This document shows positions 6,988 through 19,000 of a DNA stretch of 29,602 bases, one piece after another. Positions within the stretch are counted from its first letter, which is position 1; the number at the start of each line of letters is the position of its first letter. Source of the DNA: a virus. Its lineage: Duplodnaviria > Caudoviricetes. Position numbers and translations under genes: made by a program. Location of the stretch: positions 1-29,602 of the IMG/VR virus record IMGVR_UViG_3300020413_000050; one strand, written 5' to 3'. Below the pieces are notes generated by a model. It was not told where the DNA came from. It saw nothing but the letters and a program-made list of their open reading frames with translations, and made no database searches.

Positions 6988-9900
6988 TATACAATATCAA
7001 ATGATCTAAGTGCAATCGACCTAAAGTTTTTAATTCTAGGTGGTTTTGCTTGATTGGTTGATGTCATGACAACCTTAATCATAAATCCAGTAAACTGTGG
7101 AGTATTCTCAGCAGTGAATTTATATTCACTAAACGCATTTCTTGATGCGTTTGATTTTACTTCTTTATCTGGTAATCCATTAGTGTTAAATGGTATATAA
7201 GTTGCATAGTTGTCATTACCATCACCTCTAACTAACTTATAGAATACTCTTATGTCTGCCTCTGCCTCTCTATGTCCATCAAACTGAACAAATAATGAAT
7301 TAGAAATAAACTCTAAGTTAATCATTTTTGTTTCATATATTGCAGTATTTGGATCAGAACCAGGTATTTTTGGCCCACTCGCAGTTTCAAAATCAACAAC
7401 CTTATCATCAACAAGATTACTTATTGCAATTACATTAGCAGTTTCTAAATCAATTACAGGTGATACATCTTCATTATCAGTTGTAAGTGTCAATTCTAGT
7501 GCAAATGATTTTTGATTTGATAATAAACCATATTCATTTACTTTTGATGCGATTATTCTTGGATCATCAAAATAATTTAACTTGTTGAGAGTTACATTTT
7601 CATAACCCTTATCTGTGAATGATGCTTCTACACCGCTTAAACTTGTTCCACCTGTTGTTTTGACTCTAGCAGAAACATTTGTTCCTGTTGGTGTTATAGA
7701 TGTGATTTGTGGATCAATAATCTCAAATGGAATGTTTTGAGATACCATTAAGTGATCACCACCACCATTTCTAGTTACATCAAAGGTTTTACTATCATCA
7801 GCAATTTTAATGTAGTAACTATCAAATGTTTTTTCTCTAGGATCAATATCGTGCTCTTTATTAATTTTCCTTAGAGAAACTCCATTAAATTCATATCTGT
7901 ATACTGGAGCATCTGCAGCATGATTTGATTTTAAACTGGAATCGATTCCTCTGACAATATCACTAATTTCTGTTCCAGAAATAGTATTGTAAGAAATAAT
8001 TTCTTTATCAATAAGTAAATATCCAGTATGTCCCGATCCAACAGAACCACTAACTGCTGTTCCCTCAAAATTAACAAAGTTTGTTCCAGTTGTTAGTGAA
8101 ATGGTACTGGAATCATCAGTTATATTACCATCTAATGTTGTTGGTAAAGTATCTGGATGGAAGTTAACTACTTTAACCTTGTTTGTACCAGAATGCATAC
8201 CATGATTCCTATGATCAAATTTAAGTGTATAACCATCCCTAATTAGATCATCGTTTACACTAGTGACATCATCTGTAGGAATTGTAATTGTTGCTCCATT
8301 TGATTTTTTAATATGAGTTAAGGCAGCAGTAGAAATAAGTTTATCCTTAATATTATCCACAACTAATAAATTAGTTTCAGTTATATTTGCAACAACGACT
8401 CTTACACCAGATCCTCCAGACGTACCAAGAGAATTCATAAGTAATAAATCACCCACTGCATATCCAGTTCCTTGAGCATTAATTGTTACTCCTGCACCAG
8501 TTATGGTTCCACTTGCACTAACAGATACATTTGCAGTTAATCCATCTCCAAATCCAGTTAATGCTGTAAATCCAATTCCATTATACTGTCCTTGTTTTAA
8601 TCCACTTCCACTAGTAGATACAATAGTTAACTTACTACTACCACTTGAAACTTTACCACCACTTGCGAATATTCTACCACTATTAGTTCCTTGTGTAACC
8701 TCATCTCCCTGAGTAAATGTTGTAACAGTTGATGCTAGTGAAACTTTTGCTCTCTTAGAATATGCAGTAACAGGATTTTGTTTTAGTATTTTACCAAGAG
8801 GTAATTCACCATTGAAAAGTAAAACACTTGATGGTGTATTTGTAACAAACTTTGCCTTGTTGAGTTTAAACTTAAGATCTTCATACTGGCTTGGAGTCCA
8901 AGTACTATTGTTTTGTGATTTGAATAATGAACCTAAAGTTGGTTGAGTGCTGTTTAGTCCCTGAGTAATCAAATCACTTTCACCCATTCTGTTAATGAAC
9001 GCTAGGTAATTCAACGTATGTGGTGCCATCAATACCAGACAATACTCATATCCACCTTGAAGATAAACTGGTGATTTGAAAGTAAATGTGGTTGCAGCAC
9101 TTCCATCTTCAGATAAATTAACATCTTCTGGTTTTATCACAGTATCACCAAATGGAACAATAGTTTGAGTTGGTATTCCATCTCTCATTGTTCTAATCTG
9201 AACACTTACTGGAACTTCATCATCTTTAGTTTTAAAGAATAGTTCACCACTTGTAATAAAGATACCATCTGGATATACAGTTGGATAAATTAAGAAGGAT
9301 TGTGCTAAAGGATCTCTTCTAATTGTTCTTCTTTGAACATCAACATCTACTTCAGTTATAACTTCAGTTCTTTCTTCATTAAATGTTCTGGTTACATCTC
9401 TTGTTCCAGTTTCAACTCTTTCAATTTGAGGTGTCTTGATGTTAAGTGTTTGCTCTTGAGTACTTGTCTGGTATCCACTTGCTAAGTATTCTGCTTCAGC
9501 AGAACTAGAACCAGGATCTAGTATGGAAGAATTAACAGCACTTGTTGTGATTCGAATTGTGTTATTACCAGTAGTAAATAGTGGATTTCCAGTAATTTTC
9601 GGATCAGGAATGTGTAAAGAAAAAATTAAATCACCTTTATCATCACTGACTAATGCTAAATCACTTATTGTTGCTTCTGCAGTTCCTGCAGCATTAGCAA
9701 TTTTCATATTTTTCTTGACCCAACCAATATTCTCAATATTATTTTCTAAGGCTAAATCAGCAGTATCAATATTTACTATTGTGCTTGTGCTTGAATATAC
9801 TGTGGGAACAGATGTAATTGGAAATGGATATGTGCTAATAGTTTCTGTTGGAGCGTCAAATTTTCCGTCTTTATGGTTTGGAGATGCTACTCTAAATTTA

Positions 9901-12900
9901 ATGCTAGGATTTGCACTAGTTTCAACATTTATACTTTCAACTATTTCGCTAACTGCAAAAGTACCCCTATCCATTACAACAGGAAGATACTTAGGAACTG
10001 CATACTGAGTTAAATCAGTATTTTCCATGAATACATAATATCTTGTATTTGGTTTTACTCTTTTTGCAGTAACTTCGATATTTCTTGATCTTACATTATA
10101 AAGAATATCAATACCAACAACTTTAGTTCCTAAATCAACTACTTGTTCATTTGCACTTAATTCAAGACCAAACTCTCTTTCTGTGCCAGTTTCTTGAAAT
10201 GTCTGTCTAATTCTATTTTGAATATCACTAGTGGTAGTAGTGGTAGTGGTAGTGGTAGTAGTATTTCCCTGTTGATTTACATTAGTATTGATACTTGCAT
10301 TTGAAGAAAGAACTCGCTGACCAATAACGTCCTCATCAATTAATGTAGCACTATCTCTTCCATTCCAAGTGGTTTCATGTGAATTCCAGAAACTAGATGC
10401 CATTCCACCATTTTCACGATCTTCAACTCCTAACAACTGTGATATTGCATCAAAAGCATTATCAATTTCAATATTTTGAGGAGTTAAAGGAATCTCTTCA
10501 ATCCAAAAATCAGAACTTGGTACTAACTCAATAGAACCAACAAAAACATCAACAAGAAATGGATTTAAATTTTCTGTTCGAGTTGCATTTGGTTGATCTA
10601 TGAATATATCTTCAGTATAATTTAAAGTTAAAGCAGCACCACCTCTAGTAATATTTGAATCAGAAAAATCAGTCGCAAATTTATAATCTGCTGTGCTTGG
10701 ACTTGAAGTTGTAGTTTTTGTTTCAAATACCAATCCAATATTTCTTTCTGCTGATCTTGGTCTTAACTCACTTTTTTCTATATCAATATCAAATTTAGAT
10801 TCCCCAGTTAAATTATGAGAATTGTGATTTCTAAAATTATCAACAAAGAAACCAGATTTAAATTTATCTAATCCAGTATTTGGATCTTTAATTGATAAAT
10901 TTTTAGTGTCAGTTTCGAGTAATGATAATGTGGTATAATTTTCTAAATTTTTAATTCTACTTTCAAGACTGCCAATGTCTCTCATAGTAAATCTTTTATG
11001 TGGAACTCTCTTTACAGTAACTTCTGATGCGTTCCGAACATATGGTGGATATTTTATTGTTGCAACTTGAAAGGCATCTTCATTTGGTAATGGTGACTTT
11101 GGTAATCTTGATGGTTTTCCTTCTTTCGTACTAAACACTCCACTTTTACTTAAATATAATCTATCAACTCTACCCATGTAGTAAGAATAATCAACAACTA
11201 CACTTTTACCTGAAACTACTGACTCTGAAGTTGTACCACTAAAATCTCTAGATACAAATGAGAATGGAGAATTGCTACTTGCTGTGTATGGTGCTACTCT
11301 AGGTCTAAAATCAATAAAGTCAGAAGCATAACTGTCAAAGACATATGGGATATCCTTAGTATAATCCAAAGAGTTGTAACTATTAACTGTTTCTACATTT
11401 CCCGATACCTCATCATTTAAGAGTTTATCAAATATTATTCTTAATTTACCAGTAGGTTTCTCAACACCAGATTTTCTAACAATTCTTGAGAAATCAGCAA
11501 ATTCTAGTCTTTGTCCATTATCTAAAGTAAAGTTTTTAATAATATTACGATCACCAAATACTATCGCAGATATTGTAGCAAAGATACCAGAGGTCTTCAG
11601 AGAGATATTTTCTCCAATTTCGAATCTATTTTCGTTCTCATAAACAAAAGACAACTGAGTCGCTGCTACAGTCACTACACGAGCAACTGCACCTGATAGT
11701 CCACCGATAAATTGCTCTCCAACAAGAACATTTCCAGTAAACGTCTCCGTTTGATTTGTTACTGTTATAGCAGGAAGAGTCGGAGGATTTGAAGATGGTT
11801 CGTTTGATTCGAATATTGCTAAAACACTAGTTGCTTCTGGAACATTTAATGATATTTCTCTATCCTGAACTCTTGTTCCATATGGATAACTACCAGCAAT
11901 TAAACCATCATTTAAAGATGTGGTTCCAATACCAGATCCAGCTAGTTCTGATTTATCTACAACTAAACTATTACACCTAACAAGTGATTTTTCTTTTGAT
12001 GAAAGTGCACTTCTTCTTACTGCTACAGTAAGAACTGCTGCAGTACCAGATGCATCGGATAAACTTGAAATTGTAACTGTTTTAAGATTTGCACTCACTA
12101 CAACTTTACCAGAAGAACCAAGGTTTTCGACCACACCGTCAAGTGTTAGAGTATAATTTGATGAAGAAAATGGTTCAAAAAATAAATTTGAAGTATCTCC
12201 ACCTATTTCACTAATATTGAAAGTAACAGTAGAACCACTCCAGTTTTTAGAAAGTTTTTTTCTTACGATATATGAACTATCTAAGATATTCATCGAAGAG
12301 ACGTACTTGTCTGCTAATTTAACTCTAAAACCAGCATCATCAGATTCATTAAGACTTGGAATACGAATAACAAGATCAGTTGGTGTACCTAGTCTAATAC
12401 CACCGTCATTTACTCCAGAAACAGTTGCAATCCCTGAAACTGTAAAGTTAGTTCCACCAGCACCTATTCCAGTTACTTCATTAAAAGTTGGAACATTTTG
12501 CGTAAACAGTCCACCATAACTGATTATGTCTCCAGATTTAACTATTGTTCTAAAATCAACAACTGATGGGCCTCTAACATCCCCTACTCCAGAATTAGGA
12601 ACAGTAGATATTGAAAATTCTGCACCAGATTTAAATACTAGTTTTTCACGATTTAAAACTGTATTTGCAGTAAAAGTAGTTGCTCCAGTTCCAACAGGAT
12701 CTCCATTGATGACACCACCTGAACTGTGAATTGCTTTGATATCTTCAAAACTATTGTCTACCACTGAAGTTATAGCAGTTCCAACATCTATTCCATTAAC
12801 CATTATTGGTTCGTTAATTTGGAATTGACCAGTCACATCAGTAATAGTAACCGAAGTTGGATTACCTGAACCTGCATATACAGCGAATCCTGAAGAACCA

Positions 12901-14372
12901 CTATATTTTCCCTCTATATGAGATCCAGCAGTAATGGTAATTTGTGTTGCAACTGTAAGTACACTATAAAGTTGAAGATCATAAAATTTTAAATCATAAA
13001 CTGTTGATGTAGCACCTAAGACACTCTTTTGAGTAAAATCAAATGCTCTCATCTTACCAATTACTGTAGAATTATATCCAGATATTGAATTAGTGCCATC
13101 TAATCTTCTGTTTAATAATCTTAGAGTATCTGAAAATCCAATTTCAGGTGTTCCAAAAATATTTGTAATTTCTACTGAATTTCCAATTCGAATTGGAACA
13201 CTCTGATTCTCAACTAATTTTGTATTTCTTGGTTTTAATACATCTAAAGATGAAGAGGATACTTTATCAACTTCATAACCTCTAATATATGCCTTTCCAG
13301 AAGATAATTGAAGACTTAATATATCATCTGCAGGTGTATTTCCATTTTGAGTTTGTTGTGTATCAAAATATATTCCTCTATTCCCAACTCTATCATTTAA
13401 TGATTCTCTTACATCAACTGAAAATGGTTTAACATAATAATCTCCAGATTCATCATGAGTTCTTCTTGCCAACTCATCTGCAAAAATATTGTATTCTGTT
13501 TTAGATACTATTTCTTTTATAACACCATTTTCAACTCTTAATAATTCTATAAAATCTCCGTCATTTTTATCATCTAATGATTTTCGATGTAATGTTGTTG
13601 TTATTTTAAGTCTGTCTGCACCAGGTGCTGATTCATTAGAAAAACCTCTTGCATTATCATATAAATCTGTATTTGTAGAAGATGCACTTATAAATTGTTC
13701 TTTTAATAAAAATCCAACTCTATAACTTGGAGTATTTGAATATTGGTCTAAAATAACTGTAGATGAATTTACTTTTATAAAATATCCATGAATAAAATAT
13801 ATACCATCACTAACTGAAAATGCTGATCCTATTTTAGTAGCATCAGTAACAATACATCTTGCAAATTGACTATTTGCTGCTATGTTTGTATTTAAATAAT
13901 TGATATTTGAAAGAGTTATTAAATTTTCACCATCTTGAAATACTGTAGTTGTACCATCTGTTCCAGATTTTGTATATTTTACGTATAATGTGTCAAACTC
14001 ATCGGTTGATTCTACAGAAGTCAATCTGTTAATTACTGTTGCTTCAACTCCTGATGTTTCACCTTGTATTTTTATTTTATTATCTGATAAAAATTTTGTG
14101 TAAATGTTGACTGGAATGCTTAAAAAATTAGGATCTATTCTTACTGCAAAATACTCAGAATCATAAGAAGTTCCACCAGGAATTATCATTGACCCTTCTT
14201 TAAAGAAGTGTTGTCCAAATCTTTCAATTTGATTTTGAAGGATTGATTGTAATGTTGTTAGTTCTCTAGCTTGAACTGGAAAACCAGGTTTGAATAGAAC
14301 CTTATTGTAGTTCCTATTCTCATTAAAATCATCAAAGTATGGTGAGACGTTTAAATTTGTATTTTGCGACAT
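6987..14372 (-). CDS. Large virion structural protein, VrlC/DUF4815-like (baseplate/tail associated)
   Basis: N-terminal TNLNVSPYFDDF...VLFKPGFPVQARELTTLQSILQNQ; APGADRLKI; LARRT.DESGDY; DKFKSGFFVDNF; DPLAQSF; GSLFKSQN.STW; C-terminal PRIKNFRSIAL. Follows gp8 as in cyanomyoviruses. Confidence 0.85.
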   Translation of the reverse strand: MSQNTNLNVSPYFDDFNENRNYNKVLFKPGFPVQARELTTLQSILQNQIERFGQHFFKEGSMIIPGGTSYDSEYFAVRIDPNFLSIPVNIYTKFLSDNKIKIQGETSGVEATVINRLTSVESTDEFDTLYVKYTKSGTDGTTTVFQDGENLITLSNINYLNTNIAANSQFARCIVTDATKIGSAFSVSDGIYFIHGYFIKVNSSTVILDQYSNTPSYRVGFLLKEQFISASSTNTDLYDNARGFSNESAPGADRLKITTTLHRKSLDDKNDGDFIELLRVENGVIKEIVSKTEYNIFADELARRTHDESGDYYVKPFSVDVRESLNDRVGNRGIYFDTQQTQNGNTPADDILSLQLSSGKAYIRGYEVDKVSSSSLDVLKPRNTKLVENQSVPIRIGNSVEITNIFGTPEIGFSDTLRLLNRRLDGTNSISGYNSTVIGKMRAFDFTQKSVLGATSTVYDLKFYDLQLYSVLTVATQITITAGSHIEGKYSGSSGFAVYAGSGNPTSVTITDVTGQFQINEPIMVNGIDVGTAITSVVDNSFEDIKAIHSSGGVINGDPVGTGATTFTANTVLNREKLVFKSGAEFSISTVPNSGVGDVRGPSVVDFRTIVKSGDIISYGGLFTQNVPTFNEVTGIGAGGTNFTVSGIATVSGVNDGGIRLGTPTDLVIRIPSLNESDDAGFRVKLADKYVSSMNILDSSYIVRKKLSKNWSGSTVTFNISEIGGDTSNLFFEPFSSSNYTLTLDGVVENLGSSGKVVVSANLKTVTISSLSDASGTAAVLTVAVRRSALSSKEKSLVRCNSLVVDKSELAGSGIGTTSLNDGLIAGSYPYGTRVQDREISLNVPEATSVLAIFESNEPSSNPPTLPAITVTNQTETFTGNVLVGEQFIGGLSGAVARVVTVAATQLSFVYENENRFEIGENISLKTSGIFATISAIVFGDRNIIKNFTLDNGQRLEFADFSRIVRKSGVEKPTGKLRIIFDKLLNDEVSGNVETVNSYNSLDYTKDIPYVFDSYASDFIDFRPRVAPYTASSNSPFSFVSRDFSGTTSESVVSGKSVVVDYSYYMGRVDRLYLSKSGVFSTKEGKPSRLPKSPLPNEDAFQVATIKYPPYVRNASEVTVKRVPHKRFTMRDIGSLESRIKNLENYTTLSLLETDTKNLSIKDPNTGLDKFKSGFFVDNFRNHNSHNLTGESKFDIDIEKSELRPRSAERNIGLVFETKTTTSSPSTADYKFATDFSDSNITRGGAALTLNYTEDIFIDQPNATRTENLNPFLVDVFVGSIELVPSSDFWIEEIPLTPQNIEIDNAFDAISQLLGVEDRENGGMASSFWNSHETTWNGRDSATLIDEDVIGQRVLSSNASINTNVNQQGNTTTTTTTTTTTSDIQNRIRQTFQETGTEREFGLELSANEQVVDLGTKVVGIDILYNVRSRNIEVTAKRVKPNTRYYVFMENTDLTQYAVPKYLPVVMDRGTFAVSEIVESINVETSANPSIKFRVASPNHKDGKFDAPTETISTYPFPITSVPTVYSSTSTIVNIDTADLALENNIENIGWVKKNMKIANAAGTAEATISDLALVSDDKGDLIFSLHIPDPKITGNPLFTTGNNTIRITTSAVNSSILDPGSSSAEAEYLASGYQTSTQEQTLNIKTPQIERVETGTRDVTRTFNEERTEVITEVDVDVQRRTIRRDPLAQSFLIYPTVYPDGIFITSGELFFKTKDDEVPVSVQIRTMRDGIPTQTIVPFGDTVIKPEDVNLSEDGSAATTFTFKSPVYLQGGYEYCLVLMAPHTLNYLAFINRMGESDLITQGLNSTQPTLGSLFKSQNNSTWTPSQYEDLKFKLNKAKFVTNTPSSVLLFNGELPLGKILKQNPVTAYSKRAKVSLASTVTTFTQGDEVTQGTNSGRIFASGGKVSSGSSKLTIVSTSGSGLKQGQYNGIGFTALTGFGDGLTANVSVSASGTITGAGVTINAQGTGYAVGDLLLMNSLGTSGGSGVRVVVANITETNLLVVDNIKDKLISTAALTHIKKSNGATITIPTDDVTSVNDDLIRDGYTLKFDHRNHGMHSGTNKVKVVNFHPDTLPTTLDGNITDDSSTISLTTGTNFVNFEGTAVSGSVGSGHTGYLLIDKEIISYNTISGTEISDIVRGIDSSLKSNHAADAPVYRYEFNGVSLRKINKEHDIDPREKTFDSYYIKIADDSKTFDVTRNGGGDHLMVSQNIPFEIIDPQITSITPTGTNVSARVKTTGGTSLSGVEASFTDKGYENVTLNKLNYFDDPRIIASKVNEYGLLSNQKSFALELTLTTDNEDVSPVIDLETANVIAISNLVDDKVVDFETASGPKIPGSDPNTAIYETKMINLEFISNSLFVQFDGHREAEADIRVFYKLVRGDGNDNYATYIPFNTNGLPDKEVKSNASRNAFSEYKFTAENTPQFTGFMIKVVMTSTNQAKPPRIKNFRSIALRSFDIV
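10230..10262 (-). repeat. In-frame ACT/ACC trinucleotide repeat encoding 11 consecutive Thr
   Basis: Plus-strand agtggtagtagtggtagtggtagtggtagtagt, read directly. Confidence 0.9.
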
Positions 14373-14376
14373 CTGT

Positions 14377-16005
14377 TTAGAACTCTATTACGATTTTTAC
14401 TTCTTCTTTTTGGGAAGTTGATCTTGTGATTGGTGCTCGATTATCAATGTATATGATATCACCCGAATATTTTTTAACATCTGGGTTTGCTTTTCCTTTG
14501 ACAAAAGATTGACCTAGATCAATATTTTTCCCACCAACTGTGATTGAACTTGTAGGAGTCGTTGCTCCAAATCCTACATCAACGACTAAATCACCTCCAG
14601 CACCACCAACAATTGCAGTGTTTAGTCCAACAAAATCAAGTTTTTTATAAGAAAACTCCGACTTACTAGAAATAGAGACTGGTTGATAATATTTTAAAAT
14701 CCCAGTATCTGGTTCCCAAGATGCTACAAAAGCACCTGCTGTAGATCCAACTCCTACTGTTTGTGTAATCTTGGTGTTTTTTACATAATCTACACCAGAG
14801 GTACTGATTCCAGAACCATCTGCAGGTTTTAATTTTAAAGCACTAAGATTTGTTGCAGTCGTACTATTTAGAAGGTCAGTTCCACCAAATTGTATTGGAT
14901 TTTTTACTATGCCAACACGGGAAAAATCATTTCCAATGATATAATCTGGAACGTCATTCACATTATTGTCAAATCTAGAATGAACCATTATTCTAAATCC
15001 ACCAAGTTCACGATAGATATCAGATCCATGACCACCTTTTGGTGGTATTACAACTTCAAAAACAGCACCACTTCCAGCAGTAACTTCCAATGAACCTTCA
15101 CTATTAGTTCCAAGAACACCATTTTCAAATCTAATCAAACCATAAGTGTAACCAGAACCACCATTTGCAATGGTAATTGATGATACTACTCCATCTTCAA
15201 TCGAAACTGAAAGAAGTCCTCCAACACCATCACCAATAATCGGAACATTTATAGATCCAGTTGATACTTGTAAATCTGATGCTCCACCAGGAGGTTTAAG
15301 TTTAAATCCAGAACCAATAGATTTAAGTAAAATAGTTTCAATTTTACCATCGACTGCAGCATTTTTTATGTCTTCAGTTGTAGTATCTCCCCATTTAACT
15401 GGAAGAGGGATATACGAGGTTGTAACAAATTTTACAATATCTGAAGGAGAAATAGTGTAAAGATATTTCCATAGATAACCATCATCTCCTGCAGGTTGAG
15501 GAATAGTATCTATAAAATTAGGTTCATATTCTGACTTTCTACCACTTGAATTATCTTGATTTATACCATTGTTTATACACACATACACTTTAAATTCACT
15601 ATTTACAACATAATAACTTGATCCATATAAAGTTGTACTTTCAGTTACAGGAGTTTTATTATCTTTATTGTAATTATTTTTATACATGTCATATGCTGTT
15701 CCCGATTGCCAATCAACTCTTGGAATAATTCTTCTTACATCATTTGAAGATATTTTTTTCAAAAACAACATATCATCATAATATGAACTTTCTTCTTTAA
15801 ATGAATCTACAGGATCTGGTGTGTCACTTGTCCAAGTTGTTATTCCATATCCGATAGATTTACTGAAGTCATTTTGGTTTGCTGGATCTGGGTGACCTAA
15901 GAAAGTATAGTAATTATTATTTCCAGTCGTACCAACACCCACGAAACTGTCTATAAAAGTTTCGGCATTCAGTATACGGTATTGATCAGTGATTATTGCT
16001 GGCAT
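14377..16005 (-). CDS. gp8: Baseplate wedge subunit gp8
   Basis: MPAIITDQYRILNA, PRVDW.SG..YDMY, YVVNSEFKVYVCI.N, DGYLWKYLYTI, C-terminal SGDIIYIDNR.PI.R...QKEEVKIVIEF. Confidence 0.92.
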   Translation of the reverse strand: MPAIITDQYRILNAETFIDSFVGVGTTGNNNYYTFLGHPDPANQNDFSKSIGYGITTWTSDTPDPVDSFKEESSYYDDMLFLKKISSNDVRRIIPRVDWQSGTAYDMYKNNYNKDNKTPVTESTTLYGSSYYVVNSEFKVYVCINNGINQDNSSGRKSEYEPNFIDTIPQPAGDDGYLWKYLYTISPSDIVKFVTTSYIPLPVKWGDTTTEDIKNAAVDGKIETILLKSIGSGFKLKPPGGASDLQVSTGSINVPIIGDGVGGLLSVSIEDGVVSSITIANGGSGYTYGLIRFENGVLGTNSEGSLEVTAGSGAVFEVVIPPKGGHGSDIYRELGGFRIMVHSRFDNNVNDVPDYIIGNDFSRVGIVKNPIQFGGTDLLNSTTATNLSALKLKPADGSGISTSGVDYVKNTKITQTVGVGSTAGAFVASWEPDTGILKYYQPVSISSKSEFSYKKLDFVGLNTAIVGGAGGDLVVDVGFGATTPTSSITVGGKNIDLGQSFVKGKANPDVKKYSGDIIYIDNRAPITRSTSQKEEVKIVIEF

Positions 16006-16024
16006 TGACTCTATGTTTTTTGAT

Positions 16025-16032
16025 TATTTATA
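16025..16032 (-). promoter_or_regulatory. T4-type late promoter TATAAATA
   Basis: Perfect consensus in the gp7-gp8 gap, about 19 nt upstream of the gp8 ATG. Confidence 0.85.
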
Positions 16033-16039
16033 CCCTTTG

Positions 16040-19000
16040 TTAATACTTGTTTAACATTGGCGATGCCCTCATTACTTGAGCTGAGGTTTCAATACCAGAT
16101 AATCCATTTTGATTATGGAAAGTAAATGATTTTGCATTCGAAGTTCTAGATACATTTATAGAACCCCAACTGTAATCGCCTACTTTAAACAAATTAGATA
16201 GGGACGATGTATTTATCCCAGAAATAGAGTTGACATTTGCAAATACTCTGAGAGTGGTTGTTCCAACTGAAACAACAGTAGCAGCATAGTAAACATTGTC
16301 TAAGAATGAAGTGCCAACTGATACTGTCTCTGGGCCAGAAGATGAAGTTTTTATTCCTGTAACTCCATTACCTATTACAGTATTTTTGACAACAAAGTAA
16401 TCTCCAGTGCCAATTCCTGTATTTGTAATAGCAGGATCTCCCGTATTGTATATATTCCTATTAAGTCTAAGATCAAAATACAATGCAGGAGTTGTTGTGT
16501 TTATACCAGCAGCACTCGTACCAACACCAACTATAATTCCATAATCACCGTTGTAAGAAACTTGTTTAATATTTTCAACAACAGATGTTGTTCCCAAACC
16601 AACAATACGTATATCATTTTGAGTTTGAGGTAAATTGTCAATTTTATTAAACAAATAAGAATCCTTAATATAAATCTTAGTATCATTAGGAGATATGGAT
16701 TTTATTATTCCAGATATTGGTTGTATTTGTGGTTCTAAGTAATTTCTCTCTTTTGAAATTGGTCTTCCATCAATTATCAAATCATTTGTTTGTTTTCTCC
16801 ACATTATTGGTCTAGAAACATCAAATGAGTTAGTTACGATTCCAACTCCAGAATAAGTTTGCGTATCTACAGTGTCAGATGCTATTAAGTCATATACTAT
16901 TCTATTTTCTTGGGCAGATATTCTTTGACTAGTTGCATCATTATATCCCAATTGCAATCTTAATTCATCACCTGGTTTTATAGTTTCATCAATATCAACT
17001 TCAATAAAGTCATCAGAAGAACCAGTATAAAGATACATTTTAAATTTACTACCAGTTTTTGGTGCTTCTGTAAATGTAATTCTAGTTCCACCAGAAAATT
17101 CATAGTCTAAATCGGGTTTCTGTAAAACATCATTTATAAAAACTAAAAGATTGTTAGCAAGAACAATTCCTGATCCTTGTTGTGCAACCACACTATAGTA
17201 ATCTTTAGTTGAAATTGTACGAGTTATTAAGAATGATTTTCTAAAACTGTTGAATTGTGCACTAAAATCATCAAGTTCTAGTAATTGACCAAAACTCCAT
17301 CCTGCAAATTTATCTTGATATTTATTTTTGACTATCACATGGAAATTGGTTGTTCCTATACCAACTTGGAAAGGTAAATTTGTTATTTCTAATCTATCGT
17401 TAATTTCATAACCCAAACCACGATTTGCAATATCAAATGATACAACACTACCTCCTGTTCCAACAACTACATCTATAGATGCTCCTGTTCCATTTCCACC
17501 AACTAATGGTATGTTTTTATATGGACTTGGTGGTAATGCAGTGGCAAAATTTAATCCCGTTGATATGCCAGTTGATGTATAACCACTACCTGGATTAGTT
17601 ACAGAAACTGCACTAACAGAACCATTAGCAATAGTTGCCACTGCAGAGGCACCAGAACCTGTCGTAGATCCAATTGATACTAAAGGTGCATTTATATAAC
17701 CAGAACCTCCAGTAACAATCCCAATTGATTGAACTGTTCCTGCAGCAGATACAACAGCACTAAATATCGCTTTTCTTGGAATTTGATATCCACTACCAAT
17801 TCCGACATCAAATTCATTGATAATACCACCTTTTGGTAAATCTTTATTTGCAGTTGTGCCTGTAAAGTCAACTGTTTTTCCTGTTCCAACAAATTGGTAA
17901 TCAGACTCAAGAATACTACCAGGAGCTCCGAAAAATGGTCTCTGGAAAATATTGTTAATAAGAAAAGCACCAAAACTTGTATTAATACCACTCACTTCTA
18001 CATTATTACTAGTCAAATCAAATTTATCTGTTGCCCCATCAAATTTGTCAGATATATCATCTATAATTTTATTATGTTGATAATTTTGTCTATAGAATAT
18101 TCTACCTGAGAATTGTGATGAAGTTGTAATACCCAATGATCCAGATAAACCATATGGAGACTCTGTAAAATATAACCTTCCTTGATTAATTTTATAATCA
18201 CCTTTCAATACAGTTATTGTTGCTCCTGCAGTGTGTGCTGCAGCAACAGTTCCCATTTGTCCTCTATCAATCTGCAATTCACTTGCAGATCCAACACCAA
18301 CTAAGTTTACTTTAATTATTTCGTCTGATATCCTCAATAAGGATTTTCCTTGTATATTAGAAACATCATTTAAATAAGCACGATCAGTTGATATACTAAC
18401 ACCAGATACCATGTTAACTGAAATTGCAGTTGTAATTGCAACTGGACTTTGAATTATATTATCAATGGTAATTATTGATCTTATAGTACCATCATCTGAA
18501 GGAACTGATAATGCATGATTAGTTCCAATCCCACTTATAGTAGTAAAGGTGACTGCAGCTCCAGCAGTAGCAAAACTTGCAGCAACTGCTACTTTAATCA
18601 CATCATTTGTAAGTTTTATTGCATATACATCAGATGGTAATATATTTGTAACACCTATTCCTGGTATAGTAGTATTTTCAATACCAATTGCAGTTTGCCC
18701 AACTCCTGGTGCATATTTTAAATGTTCTGCAGTATTAAACTCATGTCTTGGAATTGTAACTTCATCATTTGATGTATTAATTCCCGAAGTAGGATTAAAT
18801 TCTTTATGTAAAAGAGAAAAACCATCATTAAATATGTTGAAACTGGTTGTTCCAATCACCCCACCACCAACAGAAGTAACTATTCCTGTAAATTGTCTGC
18901 TTATATCGTCAATTAATAATACTTTATTTGTTCTTGACTCATTATAGTCAGTTATGATTTTAGAATCGAACTTAATTATCTTAGATAATTGAGGATCATC

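Noticed and set aside
10230-10262. Thr repeat as an on/off phase-variation switch or a CRISPR-like repeat
   Set aside because: The unit is 3 nt, so slippage keeps the frame. It is imperfect and has no spacers.
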